From: a virus
Lineage: Duplodnaviria > Caudoviricetes
DNA: 55,617 nucleotides
Virus record (IMG/VR): IMGVR_UViG_3300024231_000789
Coordinates: 1 to 55,617 of that record
Reading direction: 5' to 3' (one strand)
Shown here in pieces: positions 46,835 through 55,617 of the stretch (within the stretch, counting starts at the first letter, position 1; every line of letters starts with the position of its first letter). A program made the position numbers and the translations under genes. The notes below the pieces were generated by a model. That model had not been told where the DNA came from and did not search any database. It worked only from the letters and a program-made list of their open reading frames with translations.

Positions 46835-46879
46835 TTTAACTTACTCTTATACTATAAAGCAAGACATATTGGTTGTCAA
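46835..46879 (-). promoter_or_regulatory. Repeated 45-bp early promoter cassette, copy 3
   Basis: TTGACAACCAATATGTCTTGCTTTATAGTATAAGAGTAAGTTAAA. Confidence 0.8.
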
Positions 46880-47139
46880 CCTTTTTCTTCCATTTTTTTA
46901 ATATATTTTTTGATACTTAATCCATGTTTCTTTTTAAATTCATAGCTTGCATGAAAATGATCAAGTGCTTGATCGTCTAACCGCGATGTTGCATCTTCTA
47001 TATTCTTTAGTTTCCATTCTGTAGATGGGTTATCTTTTTTCCATACTTTTCGTTCTTCCAATGTTCTGCCGCAACCTGGGCAGAACCCGTCTTGGTTCAC
47101 GCCACATAGACTAACGCATGGTGATACAATATCTATCAT
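46876..47139 (-). CDS. DUF1289-like Cys-rich protein
   Basis: SPCVSLC...CPGCGRT.EE...W. Confidence 0.75.
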   Translation of the reverse strand: MIDIVSPCVSLCGVNQDGFCPGCGRTLEERKVWKKDNPSTEWKLKNIEDATSRLDDQALDHFHASYEFKKKHGLSIKKYIKKMEEKG

Positions 47140-47143
47140 TAAT

Positions 47144-48100
47144 TTAAGGAGTTTCTACGTATGTGGATGGTACAAGTTGTACCCAGTCAGTGCCATTATA
47201 TCCACTGAACATTTTAGTATCAGAATTAAATATCATTTGTCCCTCTTGTGGATTAGATATAAGATCTCGTTGAGCTGTTGTGTATGAAGGCAAGACAAAA
47301 GTAGAACCTACAACAACTGAACTTGCATCTACATCGCCATCTAAGTCACCATGGAAAATAGGATTAGGTGTTGCATTATCCTCAACAATTAATGTTGCGC
47401 CTGTTCTATTATATACAGGACCATTCCAATTACCCATTGTTTGTGTTTGTGTAAAGTCAGCTGAAGCACCAGTAAACACTGCAATGCCTGTAACATCTAG
47501 TGTACCAGTATCTATTTCATCTGTATTCACCTCATGTACTGTTAGTGAAGCATCTGCTGTGCCTGTTCCTGTATCAAGTATAACTGCACTACCATCAGGT
47601 GTAGTAACATCGCCTGCTACGTTTCCTAAAACTGTACCTGTGAATGTTGTGCTTGTACTAGATACATCTACAATTACTGTACCATCTGCTTTAAGCACAT
47701 CGCCTTTAAAGGTAGCTGGTGTATTAGCATCACCCACATCTAAAACTCTAGTTCCTGTTGGATCAACTGCATCATATGCAACATTACCAATAAGATTGCC
47801 GCTTATGTTTCCTACTAAATTACCTTTAAATTGATCTGCAACCAATGTTCCTTTGCTTAGACTTGCGTCTAATGCATTTACATCGTTAACTGTATTATTG
47901 CTGATTGTTATACTGTTAATAAGTAAGAATTCGTTAGTAGCAGAATCTCTTACTAGCCCTGCATAACTAGTGGCACCTGTTCTTCCTAAGAATCCTACGT
48001 CCTTATCAGCTGCTGAGTCTTTTCCAAGAAACAAAAGATTGTCAGAGAAATCAACAATCTCACTTTTTGTCATTGTAATATTAAGTTTTCTGAAACCCAC
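47144..48100 (-). CDS. Putative tail fibre / virion protein
   Basis: G-N-V repeats; C-terminal LPSYTTAQRD...GQMIFNSDT..F.GY.G.W module. Confidence 0.65.
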   Translation of the reverse strand: MGFRKLNITMTKSEIVDFSDNLLFLGKDSAADKDVGFLGRTGATSYAGLVRDSATNEFLLINSITISNNTVNDVNALDASLSKGTLVADQFKGNLVGNISGNLIGNVAYDAVDPTGTRVLDVGDANTPATFKGDVLKADGTVIVDVSSTSTTFTGTVLGNVAGDVTTPDGSAVILDTGTGTADASLTVHEVNTDEIDTGTLDVTGIAVFTGASADFTQTQTMGNWNGPVYNRTGATLIVEDNATPNPIFHGDLDGDVDASSVVVGSTFVLPSYTTAQRDLISNPQEGQMIFNSDTKMFSGYNGTDWVQLVPSTYVETP

Positions 48101-48139
48101 TAGACTACCCTTCCATAATAGTAGTATTTATATAATAGG

Positions 48140-49240
48140 CTATGTAAATTGTTCTGCATATGGATCAAACTCTGTTCCACATTTCATAGCACAAACACCT
48201 AGTTTGCCTTCTTTTATACTTTTAAGTTTCCAACTACTTTGTATATTTCTCATAATGCCACTATCAAATACACCTTGTATTCCAAAATATTTTGCATTAA
48301 GCATTTCTTTTCCGCCAGCCGCATCAATAAAGTCCCAAATTTGTTCTACTTTAGGATCTTTATGCCACCACTTATACATGCGTCCGGCTGTCCAACAACA
48401 AGGCATAATTAAACCTTCTGCTGTAACAAACATACTTTTGTTCTTATCGTTTTGGGCAACTTTACATTTAATACTGGCTTGGTTATAGTAATCCATCATA
48501 CTACCATAAGTTTTCTCAATCTCTTTTTGCTTTAGCAATGCAAGATTTTGGTACTCTTCTTTTTTAGGTTTTGCTAAGTTTTGTTTTTCATTACCTTTAC
48601 GGTCTGTTGCTTGGTGTGTCTCTTTAGACTTGTTTGTGATGCTACTAATAAATCTACCAGTTTTCTTCTTCATAAACTTTTCTACACCCCACTCTTTAGC
48701 GAGCTGTTCTGCACGTTCTACATCACACTCACTATGTTCAAATATTAGATAGTCCCATCTGGCTCTGCCACCCGCGGCAATAAATGCTTTCATGTTACGC
48801 TCTACGAACTCCCAACGTACATTTTGTCTATACAAATGATTAGTATTCTCAAGTCCATCTACACTAAAGATCACAGCGCCTTTGCGTCCAATAACTTTTG
48901 CAAGCTCTTCCCACCACTCTGGCTTTTTAGCACCAGCATTTGTATTCATGCTTAACCATATATTGGGATTATGTTTTCTAAAGTATCTAAAAACTTCTAG
49001 AGTGTCACTTGCACTGATAGGATCTCCCAAGTTACCACACATGTACATAACTTTGAGCTGTTTAATAAAATCAGGTGTAAAAATATCCATGCAGTCTTCT
49101 AAACTGAGTTCTTGTTCATCATTTCTAATATGCTGATTAACTGCACCACCATTTTCATTGCGGTCGCACATAGGACAAGCAGCATTACAACGCTGTGTAA
49201 TCTCTAAGTGAACTTCTTCTATTTGAGTATGATCATACAT
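48140..49240 (-). CDS. Radical SAM protein with C-terminal twitch/SPASM-like Cys
   Basis: CNAACPMC, CGNLGDP, FSVDG, PCC, CAMKC. Confidence 0.9.
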   Translation of the reverse strand: MYDHTQIEEVHLEITQRCNAACPMCDRNENGGAVNQHIRNDEQELSLEDCMDIFTPDFIKQLKVMYMCGNLGDPISASDTLEVFRYFRKHNPNIWLSMNTNAGAKKPEWWEELAKVIGRKGAVIFSVDGLENTNHLYRQNVRWEFVERNMKAFIAAGGRARWDYLIFEHSECDVERAEQLAKEWGVEKFMKKKTGRFISSITNKSKETHQATDRKGNEKQNLAKPKKEEYQNLALLKQKEIEKTYGSMMDYYNQASIKCKVAQNDKNKSMFVTAEGLIMPCCWTAGRMYKWWHKDPKVEQIWDFIDAAGGKEMLNAKYFGIQGVFDSGIMRNIQSSWKLKSIKEGKLGVCAMKCGTEFDPYAEQFT

Positions 49241-49593
49241 TAACTAAACAACGCTCCAAATATAAAATAGTCTGTTATAAAGGTAAGCTCTGCTCCTATG
49301 AACACTGCCCACCAGTAGTTTCCTATCCAGTCCCATATTTTCTTAATTACATACCAAGCAATTAATACTCTTACTGTGTACTGTATATTACTTATTATTG
49401 TATCAATAATACTGGTCGGATCAACTCCGTAATAAAACCAAAACACTAGGAAGTCATAAGCAAAACTACACTGTGCCATTATAAGTACTGATTCAAACCA
49501 AGTTAATCTTTTATTTAAAAACTTAACAATATTTGCACTTATTAATATTCTATAGCTTACATAGACTATATTGGTTATTAATAGTTCAATCAT
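49240..49593 (-). CDS. Integral membrane protein with an internal duplication
   Basis: About four TMs; halves resemble each other (NIVY..RILI / NIQY..RVLI; F.YDF / F.TDY). Confidence 0.6.
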   Translation of the reverse strand: MIELLITNIVYVSYRILISANIVKFLNKRLTWFESVLIMAQCSFAYDFLVFWFYYGVDPTSIIDTIISNIQYTVRVLIAWYVIKKIWDWIGNYWWAVFIGAELTFITDYFIFGALFS

Positions 49594-49864
49594 CCAATAC
49601 CATCTTTACGTCTTTGCCTGGCCCAACCTCACTAGGCATACCATCATGCTCCCACACATAATGTTTAATTACCGCTTTATACCACATCCAACTATTATGA
49701 TGTGCGTCTTTATTAAATTTATGAATACTATTATTGTCTGCTGGCATTGTACTAATTGCACGAGCCGCCTCTTGTTGCAATTCACGAGTGCTTAAAGCAT
49801 CTAACATCTCATCAAACTCTGCCATTGTAAGTTCAAAAATTTCATCTAATTCATCATCGTTCAA
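49586..49864 (-). CDS. Hypothetical protein
   Basis: 92 aa coupled ORF. Confidence 0.55.
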   Translation of the reverse strand: MNDDELDEIFELTMAEFDEMLDALSTRELQQEAARAISTMPADNNSIHKFNKDAHHNSWMWYKAVIKHYVWEHDGMPSEVGPGKDVKMVLDD

Positions 49865-50111
49865 TTTTATTGATTCCTTGTAATTTAATCATCATTGCTA
49901 ATTTTTCATCTGCAAAATATATTTTAATCCACTGATACCCATGTTCGTCAATACCCATCTCTCCAACTTTAAAGTCTTTACCATAACTTAAATTATATGT
50001 TTCAGTAATTTGACTTGTAATATTGGCTACACTATCTATTCTTGCAATTTCATTTGTAAATTCAGTATAGTCAACTATATTATAGATAATATGTGCATAA
50101 TATGCAATCAT
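49854..50111 (-). CDS. Hypothetical protein
   Basis: 85 aa coupled ORF. Confidence 0.5.
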   Translation of the reverse strand: MIAYYAHIIYNIVDYTEFTNEIARIDSVANITSQITETYNLSYGKDFKVGEMGIDEHGYQWIKIYFADEKLAMMIKLQGINKIER

Positions 50112-51493
50112 TATTTTATACCAATAAGCATAAATCTATTATATAAATGCGTATCCAGTTCTCCTTCATAAAATATATTACTCATTGGGTATTTACTTTT
50201 TACTACGTCCATATCTTTACAACAGTTTGAATGTTGCTCGTTTTCAAAATAATCATTAGTCTGTAACACAACAAATGTTCCGTCAGGCAAATTCTCAAAC
50301 CATTCATCATTCATATGTTCACAGCTGGTATTAACTACCATATCAAACTTATCTAATCTTCTCCATCCATAGTTCTCAAAAATACTATCCTTGTCTTTAA
50401 ACATTTCTGTACGCAGATCTTCACTTATTTTTTCAATTACAGCATCTTTATCTTTAAATAATTCTTCTCGAAGTTCCACACTAAACTTTTCAATTACATC
50501 ATCTTTATCTTTAAATATATCTTCTCTAATTTTTTCCTTACTAGTATAGCCTTGTCGAATATTATCTTCTTTTGCTTCTATTTCCTGTGCATATTTTGTT
50601 TCTTGTTTTTCCAACCAAGTATCAATCTGTTCTTGTCTTTTAACTGTTAATGAATTTTCCTGCTTTTGTATCCATTGATCGATCAGCGTCTGTCTTTTGT
50701 CAGTCAGGTTTTGTTCCTGTCCTTCCATCCACTCAGTAATTTGTTCATCACGTTTATCAAAATCATGATACCAGAGCTCTTTTTGGTCTCTCCATTGCAA
50801 CCTGGACACATCTGCTGTAAAAGGATTAAAACGTTTATCATCTAATTCCTCTGCGTATAATCTCTTACATGGTCCTACAACTGTGTCATCAACATCAATA
50901 CTTGTAATTTTATCTACTTCAAATTGATCAAACAAGAAGTGTGCAAGGAAGTTATACCAACCTCCATAGAATACAACATTACCTAACGGGCCATCTACAA
51001 TATTAGCAAGCTCAGTAACCATCCATAGTTTACTTTTAATTTGTCCTCTGCTATAAAAATCTCCTAAATTAGGAATGTCTAGTTCTTGATTAGCAAAGTA
51101 TGACATAAATCTGCTCGTACGCTGTAACAAGGAGTCATCAGGAATATACCAAGCCAAAAATCCTATCAACTGTCTAGCTTTGATATCCAAGTCTTCTAGT
51201 TCACTGTGCATAGCAATGTTAAAGAAGCTCTGTAATTTATCGCTCATAACTTCTTCTTTTACATCACGCACCTTATCTTCAGGAGGCCAAGCTTCTGGCT
51301 TCCATAATATTTCTTTACGTGCATACTTTTTTGCCATATTAATAAGTAAATCTCGTTTACGAAATTTATTATCATGATATAATGCTCTAAAAACTAGCTC
51401 ATAGTCTTCATCGTACGATTCTATAAATCTAAAATATTCACTTAATCCACATAACCAGTGGTGTATTTCCTGAAATTCAGAGTGCTTCATCAA
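50111..51493 (-). CDS. Class I SAM-dependent methyltransferase-like protein with a coiled-coil insertion
   Basis: GQIKSKLW, YGGWY, SIDVD, ...DMVVNTSCEHM, QTNDY, RFMLIG. Confidence 0.6.
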   Translation of the reverse strand: MMKHSEFQEIHHWLCGLSEYFRFIESYDEDYELVFRALYHDNKFRKRDLLINMAKKYARKEILWKPEAWPPEDKVRDVKEEVMSDKLQSFFNIAMHSELEDLDIKARQLIGFLAWYIPDDSLLQRTSRFMSYFANQELDIPNLGDFYSRGQIKSKLWMVTELANIVDGPLGNVVFYGGWYNFLAHFLFDQFEVDKITSIDVDDTVVGPCKRLYAEELDDKRFNPFTADVSRLQWRDQKELWYHDFDKRDEQITEWMEGQEQNLTDKRQTLIDQWIQKQENSLTVKRQEQIDTWLEKQETKYAQEIEAKEDNIRQGYTSKEKIREDIFKDKDDVIEKFSVELREELFKDKDAVIEKISEDLRTEMFKDKDSIFENYGWRRLDKFDMVVNTSCEHMNDEWFENLPDGTFVVLQTNDYFENEQHSNCCKDMDVVKSKYPMSNIFYEGELDTHLYNRFMLIGIK

Positions 51494-52181
51494 ATGTCTT
51501 CCTTAACCATTCCCAATCGTTAATTTTACGTAGGGCTTCTGTATTGTTCTTATAATGTGTACCAAAATCTCGTCCTTGTTGTGCGCCTAATAATGCATAC
51601 TCACCAAACTTACGGTTTTCTCCACGTGTACACCATACTTCCAAGCGATAAGTATCATCAATCTGTTTATTATGATCAATAATGTTACTAGATAGCTTTG
51701 TACATTCACGAAATGCACTACGCCAAGTATTAAAAGGATCAGTATTAAATGCTGTAGTGTTTGCTACCTCAAATTTAGGAACAAATTTTGCTCCAATACT
51801 TGTGGTCATATCTACTTTAAACTCACTGACATTTAATAAATTACGTTTAGGAAATAGTTTAAGTCCTCCGTATCCATATATCAAATCGTTAATAGGATTG
51901 TGACTACGATATGTAAATACGCATTCTGTTTCTGGTACTCCAGGATAGGCTTCTCGTCTATCACTTGGTTCAAATTTAAATTGAAAGTTTTCTTGTATAA
52001 CTGCATCAGCATCGCAAACATAAAAATAACTTGTTTTAGATTCTTCTGCAGCTGCTTGATGAGCCTGCAATAAACCTTTAACACCGTCAATTCTCTTTGC
52101 ATTGGGTGCAAAGTATTTTAATATTTTAAAGTTTTCATCTGCTGATGGCTCATGATAAGTGAGCATAAAAACATCAAGCAT
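51477..52181 (-). CDS. Glycosyltransferase-like (GT-A) protein
   Basis: DVFMLTY.EP, AH..AA, DAD, YGYGGLKL, WRSAFRE. Confidence 0.6.
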   Translation of the reverse strand: MLDVFMLTYHEPSADENFKILKYFAPNAKRIDGVKGLLQAHQAAAEESKTSYFYVCDADAVIQENFQFKFEPSDRREAYPGVPETECVFTYRSHNPINDLIYGYGGLKLFPKRNLLNVSEFKVDMTTSIGAKFVPKFEVANTTAFNTDPFNTWRSAFRECTKLSSNIIDHNKQIDDTYRLEVWCTRGENRKFGEYALLGAQQGRDFGTHYKNNTEALRKINDWEWLRKTFDEAL

Positions 52182-52219
52182 ACACTACTCCTTCTATTCT
52201 GTGGGGATACAATTATTTA

Positions 52220-52846
52220 TTAACTTTCTTTAACTGCTCGATGTACTTCAAAGTCTAACCAATACTCATGTACATCTTTAATATATTTTTCATTGGCATC
52301 TTTTTTTAATATTTCGTCTACTTCAGGATCCCAATAGGCTATGGGCCAATCTAAATCTCTACTAACTTGTTCTAGATACTTTTGTGTATATAGATACAAT
52401 AATTCTTGGCTTAAAAATCTACACTCAGTATTTTCCATTAGCCATTTAAAATGATCATGTGCTAATGGTGTGGTATGTTTGCCACGCACACGTTCCTGTT
52501 GATATTTTAAAATATTTTGATCTCTGCCAATAATAGCAACATCAATACTATCAACATACTCTTCTGCTGTATTCACAAAACGCTCAAACAAAGGTATCTT
52601 TGGTTTTTGATCGTTATAATAAGGACAACTAATACTGGTTACAAAATATTCGCTCTGTGTCCAATCAAAGCTATGGAGTAATAAAGGATCTTCCCAATAC
52701 TTTGCAAAGGGCTCGTGATGATGCCCTTCCCAATATGTATTGAGAAGTGTCTTCCATCCAAAGACATCTTCATGCAATGCTAAACATTTACTAAACAGGT
52801 GATTACCACTGCCTTGTGGGCCTGTTAAAATTAAGAGTCTTGCCAT
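52220..52846 (-). CDS. Sulfotransferase-like P-loop protein
   Basis: TGPQGSGNH..S, HEPF, IIGRD. Confidence 0.45.
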   Translation of the reverse strand: MARLLILTGPQGSGNHLFSKCLALHEDVFGWKTLLNTYWEGHHHEPFAKYWEDPLLLHSFDWTQSEYFVTSISCPYYNDQKPKIPLFERFVNTAEEYVDSIDVAIIGRDQNILKYQQERVRGKHTTPLAHDHFKWLMENTECRFLSQELLYLYTQKYLEQVSRDLDWPIAYWDPEVDEILKKDANEKYIKDVHEYWLDFEVHRAVKES

Positions 52847-52884
52847 AGTCTTAATAATATAACGATACTGCTAGTTTGTCAAGT

Positions 52885-53511
52885 TTATTGTGCTAATGGA
52901 TTATCTAATGCTCTCTGTAATCGTTTGTTAAGTCTTGCTTCTAACTCTTTTAATTCACGTTCTACATCTGATCTTAATGATTCGTTTTTACGGTCTGCTT
53001 CTGTACGTAAGCTATCTGCTTTCTGATCATAGTCTACTTGCAACTGTCCACGTTTGTTTTCAAATCGTTGATCAGCAATATCAATTTTACTTCTTACGTC
53101 TGTTTCCATATCATTAATATCATCTTCAACCTGATCCATAATTTTCTCAACTCTCTGAATGTCATCTCTTATTCCATTCTTTAAGTCCTTAACATATGTA
53201 GTATGCTCGTCATTATTTTCTTTAATAAATCCCATCTCTTCTTTAAATAGGTCTATCTCTTTGCTAACAAATTCCATGTGAGCTTCCACTGTTTTTTGGT
53301 GCTCTAGCAATACTGCTAATTGTTTATCTAAACCACTTAAATCTGGTGCTACATACTTTTCTATTTTAGCTTTCATATTTCTATAATCATTATAGAATTC
53401 GAAGCCTCCCCAAGCAGCACCACATATTGAACTGATTACTGTTATAACAAGGAATAGTTTACCACCAGTAAACTTTACTCCTCCAACTTCTACTGATGTT
53501 TTATCACTCAT
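52885..53511 (-). CDS. Membrane-anchored coiled-coil protein
   Basis: N-terminal TM, coiled coil, C-terminal ALDNPL. Confidence 0.6.
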   Translation of the reverse strand: MSDKTSVEVGGVKFTGGKLFLVITVISSICGAAWGGFEFYNDYRNMKAKIEKYVAPDLSGLDKQLAVLLEHQKTVEAHMEFVSKEIDLFKEEMGFIKENNDEHTTYVKDLKNGIRDDIQRVEKIMDQVEDDINDMETDVRSKIDIADQRFENKRGQLQVDYDQKADSLRTEADRKNESLRSDVERELKELEARLNKRLQRALDNPLAQ

Positions 53512-53522
53512 TTACCTTCTCC

Positions 53523-53852
53523 TCAAAAATTAAATTGTAGTCCAACAACGATTCCTTTTTTATCGTCGTCTACTGCTGGCATTAAAAATAGGTTTTTATA
53601 ATTAAGCCTAAATGTAGGCGTTACATCATAATAGTATCCTGATGCTAATCCTATTTCTATTGATGTATCATAGTTAATATCATATTCGTATCCTGCGAAT
53701 AAACTTAACTTATTAATACTGTTGTAATATGCTCCTGCTATTATATTACTTTCTGTTTTTGCTTTACAATATGGATGAAAAGAATTATATTCATATTCTT
53801 CATTAAGTCCTATATGCAATGTTACTGCTATGCCACATAACGTACTAAACAT
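53523..53852 (-). CDS. Small beta-barrel-like protein
   Basis: GAYYNS...SLFAGY, GLASGY, C-terminal LQFNF. Confidence 0.45.
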   Translation of the reverse strand: MFSTLCGIAVTLHIGLNEEYEYNSFHPYCKAKTESNIIAGAYYNSINKLSLFAGYEYDINYDTSIEIGLASGYYYDVTPTFRLNYKNLFLMPAVDDDKKGIVVGLQFNF

Positions 53853-55617
53853 TAATCCATCCCCTCATATTGTTGATCGACCATTTGTTTATGTTTTAGT
53901 TCACTAGCTAGGCCATTTAGTAGACCTCTTTGATTTTCTGGAACTCTTCTGTTCTCATAAATTGTTTCGTCTTTGTATAAATCTCCGTCAGATAATCTAA
54001 GTTGTCCATAAGCATTAAATCCTGGCACATAATTAATTAATGCACTTATTTGTGCTTGTAGAGCTTGTTGCTGTTCTAATGTAACGGCTCTTCCCATAGT
54101 ATCAGCTAATTTAGACAACTTACGCTTGATGATTTCTTTCATCTTTTTGCGCTTTGCTGCTGCTTTTTGTTTCGCTGTTAATACTTTTTTCTTTGCGGCG
54201 GGTTTGGCGGTTGGTTCGGCTTCGGTTTCGCTGGTCTCAGATAACGAATCGGTATCTCCTTCGTCTCCGTTCCCACCGTCACTTTCCTCATCTGTTTGGT
54301 CGTCACCCACTTGCTGTTCCACATTATCACTGGACTCTTCTTCTGTCGATTCTTCATTTTTTGACTCGTCTACTTCCTCTTCTTTTACTTCTTCTGGTTG
54401 TGATTCTTCAATATCTTCCTCAATACTTGAATCTTCACTAACCTCATCAATTGTTCCCTCGTCATTGTTTGTATCCTCAATTGTATTTACAGGTTCTTCT
54501 ACTATTTCTGGCTCTTGTATAACATTTTCTTGTAACTCTGCTTCTATTTGTGATTCTACTTCCATTTCTATTGATTCAATAGTAATTTCTGGAGCTATTA
54601 CTTCTGGTTCTGGCACAGGTACAACTGGTACAATTACTACTGGAGGTACAACTGGCACAACTGGTACAACAACTATTGGAAGTGGAGCGGCAATAACACT
54701 ATCAACAACTGCATCGCCTGTGCCTGTTCCTTCAATTACAACTGGTGCTGATGCTGTTGGTGTTTCTACTACTGGCTCAACATAACCTGTACATTGTGTA
54801 TCATATTGTGGGTTTTGTAAACACTGCTGATCAAAATATGCAGCGTCATAGCCTGGGCAACGTATGTCATATAATGTATTTGCTTCACATTGTTGTGTGA
54901 AGTATGCACCTTCATAACCAGGGCAACTGCTATTATATAATGTATCTAATCCACACTGTTGATTTAGGTATGCAGAATCGTAACCTGGACACTCACTGCT
55001 ATAGAGTGTGTCTGCTGTACATTGCTGATTTAGGTATGCGGCATCGTAACCAGTACATCCGCTGTCATATAATGGATCAGCATTACATTGTTGATTATAG
55101 TATGCCGTTTCGTAACCAGTACATCCGCTGTCATACAATGGATTTAAACTACATTGTTGATTATAGTATGCTTGATCATACCCTGGACACTCAGCGTCAT
55201 ACAATGGGTTTGCGCTACATTGTTGATTATAGTATGCTGTTTCGTAACCTGAACACTCACTATTATAAAGTGGGTTTGCACTACATTGCTGATTAAAATA
55301 TGCTGCTTCGTATCCATTACACCCACTATCATATAGTGGATCTGCCTCACACTGATATGTATAGTATGCTTCTGCATATCCAGGACAACCAGTATCATAC
55401 AATGGATCAGCACTACACTGCTGGTTGTAGTATGCTGTATCGTATCCACTACATTCTGGAGAGTAGAGTGGATCTGCCTCACATTGCTGTGTAAAGTATG
55501 CACCTGCATAACCCGGACAACCTGAGTCATAAAGTGGATCTAAACTACATTGCTGGTTATAATAGGCTGTATCATACCCACTACATTCACTGTCGTATAA
55601 CGGGTCTGCATTACACT
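53852..55617 (-). CDS. Cys/Tyr-rich repeat protein with Pro/Val and acidic linkers; starts beyond the window end
   Basis: The frame of the tracked ORF stays open to 55615 (CNADPLYDSECSGY...). Confidence 0.75.
   Translation of the reverse strand, partial: CNADPLYDSECSGYDTAYYNQQCSLDPLYDSGCPGYAGAYFTQQCEADPLYSPECSGYDTAYYNQQCSADPLYDTGCPGYAEAYYTYQCEADPLYDSGCNGYEAAYFNQQCSANPLYNSECSGYETAYYNQQCSANPLYDAECPGYDQAYYNQQCSLNPLYDSGCTGYETAYYNQQCNADPLYDSGCTGYDAAYLNQQCTADTLYSSECPGYDSAYLNQQCGLDTLYNSSCPGYEGAYFTQQCEANTLYDIRCPGYDAAYFDQQCLQNPQYDTQCTGYVEPVVETPTASAPVVIEGTGTGDAVVDSVIAAPLPIVVVPVVPVVPPVVIVPVVPVPEPEVIAPEITIESIEMEVESQIEAELQENVIQEPEIVEEPVNTIEDTNNDEGTIDEVSEDSSIEEDIEESQPEEVKEEEVDESKNEESTEEESSDNVEQQVGDDQTDEESDGGNGDEGDTDSLSETSETEAEPTAKPAAKKKVLTAKQKAAAKRKKMKEIIKRKLSKLADTMGRAVTLEQQQALQAQISALINYVPGFNAYGQLRLSDGDLYKDETIYENRRVPENQRGLLNGLASELKHKQMVDQQYEGMD
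54782..55617 (-). repeat. At least 13 tandem 66-bp (22-aa) coding repeats
   Basis: Consensus C-x-x-[DN]-PLY-[DN]-x-x-C-x-GY-x-x-AY-x-x-QQ. Confidence 0.9.

Noticed and set aside
47280-48488. Plus-strand ORFs of 184 and 172 aa
   Set aside because: Antisense to the fibre and radical SAM genes; no RBS or motifs
54126-54785. 219-aa Ser/Thr-rich plus-strand ORF
   Set aside because: Antisense reading of a low-complexity acidic coding region
54782-55617. Possible CRISPR array or DGR template/variable repeats
   Set aside because: The units are in-frame 66-bp coding repeats varying mostly at codon level, with no unique spacers; no cas or reverse transcriptase gene is in the window
1-55617. Stop-codon reassignment
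   Set aside because: Recognisable genes are full length in the standard code, ORFs end in TAA, TAG and TGA, and no suppressor tRNA is seen

Overview
AT-rich, densely coding, mostly minus-strand fragment of a large tailed (jumbo-type) bacteriophage genome, probably marine and infecting an alphaproteobacterium. The host is inferred from a two-piece alpha-type tmRNA, a DUF1127 gene, a ROSE-type RNA thermometer and a possible aa3 oxidase subunit IV. The window holds virion and repeat proteins, a spanin pair, three tRNAs and many host-like genes: PhoH, UvsE, GuaC, peroxiredoxin, AdoMetDC, ACP, four radical SAM enzymes, three 2OG-Fe(II)-type oxygenases, a QueC-like ATPase, a nitroreductase and a lipase. 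Four features stand out. (1) A phage-encoded translation rescue and proteostasis kit: permuted tmRNA (tag ANNNYAPAMALAA), ClpX, ClpP, ClpA, ClpS, a J-domain protein, Hsp20, IF-1 and bS21. (2) A TAAATA late-promoter motif 4-5 nt before SD-less ATGs, implying a leaderless regulon; one case is a perfect 18-bp palindrome carrying two divergent start codons. (3) Candidate structured RNAs. (4) Degenerate enzyme homologues (DNA ligase, SNase). All calls come from motif recognition by eye; no searches were run.
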